This document shows, piece after piece, positions 12,590-20,556 of a DNA stretch of 64,000 nucleotides. The stretch is from Macrostomum lignano (lineage: Eukaryota). The position numbers were made by a program, and so were the translations under genes. How positions within the stretch are numbered: position 1 is the stretch's first letter; each line of letters begins with the position of its first letter. Location: positions 682,001 through 746,000 of the forward strand of contig NIVC01000292.1 of assembly GCA_002269645.1 (NCBI GenBank). Reading direction: 5' to 3'. The notes beneath the pieces are model-generated. The model worked only from the letters and a program-made list of their open reading frames with translations, ran no database searches and had not been told where the DNA came from.

Positions 12590-13068
12590 ACCTCGCAAGC
12601 AAATTTCCTGCAAGCAAACTTCGGCAGGCAAAATTCCGCAAGCAAAGTTCGGCAAGCAAAGTTCGGCAAGCAAAGTTCCTGCAAGCAAAGTTCGGCAAGC
12701 AAAGTTCGGCAAGCAAAGTTCGGCAAGCAAAGTTCGGCAAGCAAAGTTCGGCAAGCAAAGTTCGGCAAGCAAAGTTCGGCAAGCAAAGTTCGGCAAGCAA
12801 AGTTCCTGCAAGCAAAGTTCGGCAAGCAAAGTTCGGCAAGCAAAGTTCGGCAAGCAAAGTTCGGCAAGCAAAGTTCGGCAAGCAAAGTTCGGCAAGCAAA
12901 GTTCGGCAAGCAAAGTTCGGCAAGCAAAGTTCGGCAAGCAAAGTTCCTGCAAGCAAAGTTCGGCAAGCAGACTTCGGCAAGCAAAATTCGGCAAGCAGAC
13001 TTCGGCAAGCAAAGTTCGGCAAGCAAATTTCCGCAAGCAAAAGTCCCGCAAGCAAACTTCTCGCAAGA
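12590..13068. repeat. 14-bp minisatellite (ttcggcaagcaaag), about 33 copies
   Basis: Direct tandem units; the array replaces the integrase C-terminus. Confidence 0.95.
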
Positions 13069-13079
13069 AAATTTCATAG

Positions 13080-13819
13080 ACCCGTTTAGATGCTTCTAAA
13101 GGAGTTATCAGAATCTCTGAATGGATTGTGTTATTGTATTTTTCAGCAATATTCGGTAATATGTGGAGCCACTGCTGGTTTTCTTGTAGATCAAATTCAA
13201 ACCAGAGTTTATTTGTGAGAGTGCGATTAAATCTCTCAATCATTGCATTCTTGGACTCGCCATAAATTGAGAACATCTTGTTTATATATTCACCATTTTC
13301 ATCCTTCTTTCTAACATTGTCTTTTGAAAACGAGTATAGCTTGCACATATGCTGGTTATAAAACTCCTTGCCTTCATCAACACAATGTCTCTCTGATCGT
13401 CTTCCTGATTCCTTAAATATTTTCTGGAAAGCTTCTGCAACTTCCGCTCCCGTCTTTGTTTTCAAAGGAACTGCCCAAGCGAAACGTGTGAAACCATCTA
13501 TAACAGTGAGAGCATATTTGTAACCTCTTTCAGGTGGTAGGATAATGATATCTGCATGCCAAATTGTGTCTTTTGTATAGTGAATCATTTTTCTAAACAG
13601 TTTTGCTTTTCTGTATTCCCTAAGTAATTTCACAGCATCTTCGTAGCTTAGACCATTGCCGTATATGGTTAGACAGTCTATGCAATTGTTGGGGTTGTGA
13701 GTATAAATTCCTAATCCAAACCGAACTTTAGCCTTAATAAGAAGCTTTACTAGATTTCGAATAAGTCTCTCTTTCACAGACAAGTCACTGGTTGGAATCG
13801 CATCTAAATCAGTTATCAT
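13080..13819 (-). pseudogene. Polinton-type DDE (rve) integrase fused to the C-terminal helices of a PLA2-like domain
   Basis: WHADII / YKYALTVIDGFTRFAWAVPLKTKTG / VDEGKEFYN / MIERFNRTL / YNNTIHS..TP retains the D-D-E triad. The N-terminus ..KHIADEKMITDLDAIP..KAKVRFGLG matches the end of Polinton PLA2-like proteins. Truncated 3' by the 14-bp array. Confidence 0.85.
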
Positions 13820-14929
13820 TTTTTCATCAGCAATGTGCTTCTTTGCTAGAGCTTCCTCTGGATTTGAAGATGTTTTTTCAGCAGTCTGTAATTGGATTGA
13901 GTCTCTTGTCTAGATTTGGACCTGTCAGTTGTTCCTCAATCTTTCGAAAGAGGCTGGACTTTATCTTAAGGCTTCATCAGGATTGACCAGATCCTTCAGC
14001 CCCACCTCCATAAAGTCTCTGAACCTTCTCCATATCCTTGTCAACTACGTTTTTCGGACGTACCTTAGCTACTCGAACAAAGTTCGGACTTAGGAGCTTG
14101 GCTGCGGATTTCCACCATGTCCTCAAGCTTGTTACCATTGGGAACAGGAATTACCTGAGTTGCTTCAGAAGATTTCTCAACTGAAGTGGTGCTTGAGGCT
14201 TTTGAAGGAGTTCCCGCAATTTGAAGGTGTCGCCATTCACTAAGCACTTGTTTAATGTTGGTTATAATGTTTTTGTATTGATCCCCATAAAAAAATTTCA
14301 ATGCAAATTCTTCTGTTTTAAGGGTGATTCCATTGTCTAGTAAAATATTCTTAGGTTCCTTTGTAGTTTTATTGATGCATACATAATACAACTGATAGGT
14401 GGGATAAGAATTTTTATAGTCTAATAGTTTCTAGTAGTAACTTTCACGACTTGAGGAATTGTCTGTGTTATCAGAAGATTTAAGCTCTAATGCAATCTTT
14501 CGCTCAACTTGAACTAGGTCTATCTTTTTTACCTTCTCGAGCCCAAAATAACTTTCTGCTAAAACTTCATATAGTCTGCCTAGTCTCATTTGAATAATTT
14601 TAATCTTGTGTGAAATTATTAGCTCTTCTTGAAATAAATCGCAAAGAATTTGGTCATCCCCCACCTTGTCGTCAATTGGTTTCAGGAGAATTTCTCCAAT
14701 TGTGTTCTCCATTCTCCATTTTACTATAGAAAATTTAACAAGTGCTTTATTCGATGACTAGCAAGGACATTGACTTCCTCACTCAGGCCACAACGTAACC
14801 TGCGAAAGAATACCCTGGAATATGAAATTCGGCAGGATATTTTCCAGTGGAGAAAATAGGTGGCAAATGAGTCATTGCGGTCTGAATATCTAAAGCACAA
14901 CCAAGAAATAGTGGTTTATTGAAGGCCAT
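13820..14929 (-). pseudogene. PLA2-like (parvoviral PLA2 / PLA2X-type) gene split by an 878-nt insert and lacking the catalytic HD segment
   Basis: 5' part GCALDIQ..EFHIPGYSFAG (14929-14800) and 3' part GPNLDKRLNP (from 13921) together give the PGY-x-F-x-GP..LDKRL signature. The region expected to hold H-D is deleted. Confidence 0.65.
14233..14712 (-). pseudogene. PD-(D/E)xK restriction-endonuclease-like ORF with one in-frame stop
   Basis: ORFs 14431..14712 and 14065..14391 are in the same frame, separated by a single TAG (14431-14433). Motif QMRLG....IDLV....ALELKSSDNTDNSSS, recognised by resemblance to giant-virus/Eco47II-like nucleases (not database-verified). Confidence 0.6.
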
Positions 14930-15526
14930 TTTGTAGCAGAAAAATTTTGTTAAAGATTTTACATTTACTACTTGCATAAGTAGAATGGTTTGGTGAAAAT
15001 GTCATTTATTTTGCCCACAGTCATTGCACGGCCTTCTATTAAATTCTGTTATGAAATTAGAGGCATGCTTTTATTTTCCATTTCTAAAACGAGGAAAAAG
15101 AAGAAATTTCTCGTCGCGAATTCTATCTAAAGAATGGTAAACATTAAAGAAATTATTCTAAAAAGAGATATACTTTCTATTTAGTAGGCGTTAAAGGAAA
15201 AAACACAACATAGAGAGTTTTACTCAAAAAAATTCCAACGCATTGGAAAAGTTTGACCTTCATATGTCATTGAAGATTAGCCCAAACTCCGACGTCGGCT
15301 TTTCATTTCTTGCTGAGGAGAAATGAAAGGTAGTCCCATTGTATTAGGTTAGGGAGTAGGAGGGTATGTGGATTTTTTTGAAAGAGAGTGCATGACTGGA
15401 TGTGGAAAGAGATTTTCAGTACAGTGGAACCCGCGCAGTGCAGCCAGAGGAATAGAATAGGTAAGTTCCCTTTTTCAGGACAATAGAGACTGCGTACATC
15501 GACAATGAATTGCCCAGTATTTGAGG

Positions 15527-15740
15527 CAGTTTTCCGACAGTTTTCCGACAGTTTTCCGACAGTTTTCCGACAGTTTTCCGACAGTTTTCCGACAGTTTTC
15601 CGACAGATTTCCGACAGATTTCCGACAGATTTCCGACAGTTTTCCGACAGATTTCCGACAGATTTCCGACAGATTTCCGACAGATTTCCGACAGATTTCC
15701 GACAGATTTCCGACAGTTTTCCGACAGATTTCCGACAGTT
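15527..15740. repeat. 11-bp minisatellite (ga/gt-tttccgaca), about 19 copies
   Basis: Tandem units in two variant blocks. Confidence 0.95.
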
Positions 15741-16518
15741 TCTGTTGAGCAAAAAATTCCGACAGTCTGTCAGATATTTGTCGCAAACAAAAACCCATTA
15801 TCTACTAATAGTAGTCCTCTCTTTTCAAGAACAATAGAGAATGTACACAAAGTACACATAGCAGTAATCCTCTTCCTTCTCTTCAAATTCACTGTTATTT
15901 TTGCAATTTTTAGAATGAGCTCTCAATAATTCTCTTCTTAACTCATAAATTTCTTTCTGTTTTGATTCCTCAATCTGTTTTGTTATTTTCAAAAACGTGT
16001 CCGACATTTTGAATGCGTGTGGTGCTATTTTTAAGTGATTTTTTGACATTTTCTCGATCCAAATTTTTCGATCTTCCTTTGCTTTCTCTGTTCCATTTCT
16101 TCTTTCTTCTTTTTCAATTCTTCTTCTTCATTATCGTCTCCAGTGAAGAGGTCTTCCAGTACCATTAATGATCATTCCAAGTCCCAACATGAATTGACTC
16201 TCTGGCACCAATATTCTTTTCGTTCGTCAGGAATCTCTCAAAAGTTCTTCGAAGAAATATTTTGCTTCAGTTTTATCTTTTGTCAACAGACCTTCCAACA
16301 GTCAATCCTGTTCTCATGGTTTCCCCAGCCATGCTCAGAGAGGATACAGCTTAAAGCAGAATGTTGGAGTCTGCGGCTCTTTAGTAGGTAGAGCTCAAGC
16401 AATACAGTAGACACTATAGAGAGAATGAAATTGTTGTCAATAGCAACTAGATTGGGTAAGAGGTTTTGAGTACTGTTGGATCCACGTATAGGCAAACGTA
16501 GTTCCTCCTTTCCGAGTA

Positions 16519-16843
16519 CAATAGAAGCTGCACATGGCAAGTTCCCCTTTTTGAGAACAATAGAAGCTGCACATGGCAAGTTCCCCTTTTTGAGAACAAT
16601 AGAAGCTGCACACGGCAAGTTCCCCTTTTTGAGAACAATAGAAGCTGCACATGGCAAGTTCCCCTTTTTGAGAACAATAGAAGCTGCACACGGCAAGTTC
16701 CCCTTTTTGAGAACAATAGAAGCTGCACACGGCAAGTTCCCCTTTTTGAGAACAATAGAAGCTGCACATGGCAAGTTCCCCTTTTTGAGAACAATAGAAG
16801 CTGCACACGGCAAGTTCCCCTTTTTGAGAACAATAGAAGCTGT
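16519..16843. repeat. 39-bp minisatellite, 8 full copies, flanked by 36-bp direct repeats
   Basis: Unit caatagaagctgcacatggcaagttcccctttttgagaa. Identical tgttggatccacgtataggcaaacgtagttcctcct at 16474-16509 and 16901-16936. Confidence 0.93.
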
Positions 16844-17384
16844 ACAGAGCAGTGTTGGGGATTGTAAGTTCTCCCTTCATCCAAAATTGACTATTACAGA
16901 TGTTGGATCCACGTATAGGCAAACGTAGTTCCTCCTGTAGAGTACAATAGACTCTTTGAGAGAATCTGTCACTAACTTGAAATGAGTGTTCCAAAATCCT
17001 GAGAAGTTTTGCTCAATACTGCACACTTAAAAATTAGTTTTTTTTTTAGGGTTAGGAATTTTCTTAAAAGAAGGGGGTTAAGAATAATTTATTGATTTGA
17101 AATTTTTTAAGTGAGTCAGAGTCAGGAGTCAGTGGTAGTTATCAAAGTCGCTAAGAAAAATAATTGATATTTTTAATTGGTTAAAAATAAGCCTTAGAGG
17201 GGGGATACTAAGGACATATTTTATAGTTATCTAAATGGTAGTGAATATTATATGGGGGATTTTTGGGCAGTGTCACTGACTCATGACTCACGACTCACCC
17301 TTTAAAAACATAAGTTTAAAAACTGTCTTTAGGGGGGTCTAGAACTTCTAAAGAGAAAAGTACATTTTTCTTAAATATGCTTTT

Positions 17385-17507
17385 AAGTAGTGGATAGAGA
17401 TATAGAATATGGACACCAAATGAACGAATGAACGAGAAAGTGAAATGAGTGAATGCCCCCGACGCAGGAGGGTGTGTGGCCATATTCTATATCTCTATCC
17501 ACTACTT
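17385..17507. mobile_element. 123-bp palindromic MITE-like element with 28-bp perfect TIRs
   Basis: AAGTAGTGGATAGAGATATAGAATATGG (17385-17412) is the exact reverse complement of 17480-17507. No TSD identified. Confidence 0.6.
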
Positions 17508-17816
17508 GTCACTGACTCATGCCAATCTGTCACTGACTCATGCCATTCTGTCACTAACTCATGCCAATCTGTCACTGACTCATGCCAATCTGTCACTGAC
17601 TCATGCCAATCTGTCACTGACTCATGCCAATCTGTCACTGACTCATGCCAATCTGTCACTGACTCATGCCAATCTGTCACTGACTCATGCCAATCTGTCA
17701 CTGACTCATGCCAATCTGTCACTGACTCATGCCAATCTGTCACTGACTCATGCCCATCTGTCACTGACTCATGCCCATCTATCGTTGACTCATGCCAGTC
17801 TGTCACTGCAGAAATT
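17507..17816. repeat. 21-bp minisatellite (ctgtcactgactcatgccaat), about 14 copies, starting at the kinase stop codon
   Basis: Tandem units; the first unit on the minus strand contains the kinase TGA. Confidence 0.93.
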
Positions 17817-18264
17817 TGTGCTCCAGCAGCTCCGCGGTGGCCGCTCGCCTCCTCGGCTCCCTCTGGATGCACCGTCCGTAGAAGTCCCTCAGCAGGGCGG
17901 AGGTCCCGGCCGGCAGCTGCGGCATGTCGTGTCTTTGAATCCTTAGTGGGATCTGCTGCCACATGAGCTGCCAGTTCGGAGGCTTCATCTCCAGCATCTC
18001 GAACACGGAGCAGCCGAAAGCCCACACGTCAGTCTTGGGTGAGTACACGATTCTTCCGTCCTCACTGAACAGCTCGGGAGCCATGAAGTAGGGGGTGCCG
18101 CAATCCCTCTTGGTGCTGCGCATCGTGGCGAAGACCTCCTTGGCGAGACCGAAGTCGATCAGCTTGATGAGGCCCTCGTTGGTGAGCATCAAGTTGGAGC
18201 ACTTGATGTCACGGTGCAGGGTGACGGGACTGCGGCTGTGCAGGAAGTTAAGCGCTGTGCAGAT
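17803..18264 (-). CDS. Ankyrin-kinase gene 2, exon 3: kinase C-lobe
   Basis: Acceptor ..aactcacag|ATC. Motifs [37 protein letters not shown]; stop TGA at 17803-17805. Phase 0 matches the upstream exon. Confidence 0.9.
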   Translation of the reverse strand: MCTALNFLHSRSPVTLHRDIKCSNLMLTNEGLIKLIDFGLAKEVFATMRSTKRDCGTPYFMAPELFSEDGRIVYSPKTDVWAFGCSVFEMLEMKPPNWQLMWQQIPLRIQRHDMPQLPAGTSALLRDFYGRCIQREPRRRAATAELLEHKFLQ

Positions 18265-18304
18265 CTGTGAGTTGGGGAGCGATTGAGCAGGGGTGGTGTG
18301 GGAT

Positions 18305-18924
18305 CTGAGCTGCTTGGAGAAGTCCCTCACTGCTGCATGGGGTGGTGTAGGATCTGAGCTGCTTGGAGAAGTCCCTCACTGCTGCATGGGGTGGTGTAGG
18401 ATCTGAGCTGCTTGGAGAAGTCCCTCACTGCTGCATGGGGTGGTGTGGGATCTGAGCTGCTTGGAGAAGTCCCTCACTGCTGCATGGGGTGGTGTGGGAT
18501 CTGAGCTGCTTGGAGAAGTCCCTCACTGCTGCATGGGGTGGTGTGGGATCTGAGCTGCTTGGAGAAGTCCCTCACTGCTGCATGGGGTGGTGCGGGATCT
18601 GAGCTGCTTGGAGAAGTCCCTCACTGCTGCATGGGGTGGTGTGGGATCTGAGCTGCTTGGAGAAGTCCCTCACTGCTGCATGGGGTGGTGTGGGATCTGA
18701 GCTGCTTGGAGAAGTCCCTCACTGCTGCATGGGGTGGTGTGGGATCTGAGCTGCTTGGAGAAGTCCCTCACTGCTGCATGGGGTGGTGTGGGATCTGAGC
18801 TGCTTGGAGAAGTCCCACACTGCTGCATGGGGTGGTGTGGGATCTGAGCTGCTTGGAGAAGTCCCTCACTGCTGCATGGGCTGGTGTGGGATCTCACCTG
18901 CTTGGAGAAGTCCCTCACTGCTGC
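18305..18924. repeat. 49-bp minisatellite made of the exon 3' end plus the intron start; 12 copies plus the authentic junction
   Basis: Units start at 18305 + 49n up to the real donor at 18893-18897. Confidence 0.95.
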
Positions 18925-19285
18925 CTCATCGAAGGGCCGTCGCTGCAGCTGCATCAGCTCAAAGAGGCTGTGGCCGGAGATCAGCTCGGTGAAGATGCAC
19001 AGCTTGCCCTTCTTGCGCTCAGACTTGAGGAACTGCACGATGTTCGGGTGCCGGATGGCCTTCAGGACGGAGATCTCCGCGTTCTCCTTCTCGATGGCCT
19101 CGTCCATCAGCCTGGCGCTGCTGGCACCTTCCAGCCTGACGATCTTGACAGCCACAGTCTGGCGCTTATCGGTGAACGCCTTGTACACCTGGCCGAAGCC
19201 GCCTGCTCCGAGCAGCTGCTTGTTGCCGTCACCATCGAGAAGGAAGTCCCAGCTGGAGAAGGCGGGGTCCAGAGACGGCCTCGCA
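18898..19285 (-). CDS. Ankyrin-kinase gene 2, exon 2: STE (MAP3K/STE20-like) kinase N-lobe
   Basis: Acceptor ctctttcag|, LGAGGFGQVYK, VAVK, HPNIVQFL, donor CAG|GTGAGA. The 388-nt length keeps frame. Confidence 0.9.
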
Positions 19286-19440
19286 CTGAAAGAGGAGAGG
19301 GTTGGGAGACTGAAGCAATGCGGGATTGCTGCAGAAATGGGGAACTGAGCAGGCAGGGAGAGTCTGTCAGGTGATCATTGTGAGCCACTCTTAGCTGAAC
19401 CGAATGCAATTTCCCAAGTGAAAAGTGGAAGACGGCCTGC

Positions 19441-20363
19441 CTTGCTGACGGAGTCTCCTCGGACTGCAGCTGCAAGCCCGACATCGCCTGGCCCAGCCTC
19501 CGCTCTTCTCCATCAGGCTGCTGCCGCCGCTGCTCTGCGATCCACTCCCGAATCCGAGCTCCGTGCTGAGAGTTCCGCTCTGCGTAGTCGGCCACCGACT
19601 CGCCACCGGAATCGAGAAGGTCGAATGGGGCGAGGCCGAGAGAGTCCGCGATGAGGCGGAGCGAGTCCAGGTCCTGATGCTGAGCAGCCAGGTGAGCAGG
19701 TGTGGCTCCGTTTGAGTCTTTTTCCAACAGACAGGCCGCACCGAGCTCAGAGATGAGCCACTTGAGACAGGAATTGGTCTCATTCATAGCAGCAAAGTGA
19801 ATGGCAGTGCGTTGTACGCAGCCTGGCTGATGAAAGCAGTCGGATCCGAGGACTGATTTGAAGAACTGCATGGAATCGGCGCCCTGCTTCCAAGCAGCGA
19901 GATGGACGGGAGTGTTTCCTTGTTGGTCTCGAACGGAGAGACAGTCGGTTCCGCACTCGTTCACCAGCCACTTGAGACAGGAGTTGGTCGCTTCATTCTC
20001 AGCGGCAAAGTGAATAGCAGTGCGTTGGAGTCGGCCAGGCTGACGGAAGCAGTCGGATCCGAGGCTGCGGTGAATGAGCTCCATCCATGACACATCTCGA
20101 CACAAGGCAGCCAGGTGCACAGGAGTGTTGCCTCTTTCGTTGGTGCAGGTGAGGCAGTCGGGTCCCAGTTTCTTAATAAGAGCCTCGAAGCAGCGGAGAC
20201 CGTCGGATAGAAATGTCACGTGATGAGCAATGGACTGCTTTAACTGGTTGATGATGACTTCGAAGTTGGCGTCGAGCTGCCGGCAGAGGGGGAAGAGGCG
20301 GCCTGCGTCCTCGGCACGGAGGGCTGCAGCGACTTCTTTGCTCACTGAGGCTTGCCGGGCCAT
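19441..20363 (-). CDS. Ankyrin-kinase gene 2, exon 1: about 6 ankyrin repeats + linker (whole protein about 590 aa)
   Basis: ANK motifs homologous to 358..2342. A phase-2 donor is required; the best positional candidate is AAG|GCAGGC (GC-AG) at 19441/19440, with a weak GT alternative at 19465/19464. Confidence 0.8.
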
Positions 20364-20556
20364 GTCTGCAGAGTGGCGCGGACTGCGAGCGCGCTGGGCT
20401 GCTCTGTGCCGCTTTTATATGGACGGTGCGGAGAGGCGGGCTGAGCGGCATCCGAGCCAGACTACTGTGAGTAGGCAAAGCAGAGTAAACTGCAGATGCT
20501 GTGCTGAGTCTGTCAGTTCTGAGCTCGGAACTCAGCGAGACCGACTGCTGGCCGCA

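Larger units (their letters stand above)
13080..16400 (-). mobile_element. Degraded Polinton/Maverick (adintovirus-like) endogenous element
   Basis: AT-rich, intronless-looking block with a Polinton-type integrase, a PLA2-like gene and further degenerate ORFs. No pPolB, ATPase or capsid genes seen; boundaries approximate. Confidence 0.7.

Noticed and set aside
15000-16400. DNA methyltransferase partner for the restriction-like nuclease
   Set aside because: No FxGxG, DPPY/NPPY or PCQ motif found in the degenerate ORFs near the nuclease.
16474-16936. CRISPR-like appearance of 36-39-bp repeats (also the 33-, 34- and 49-bp arrays)
   Set aside because: Units are head-to-tail with no unique spacers, there are no cas genes, and the context is eukaryotic.
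19107-19440. C-terminal about 110 aa of the 418-aa ORF as real protein
   Set aside because: It runs through the intron and then out of frame over the kinase exon.
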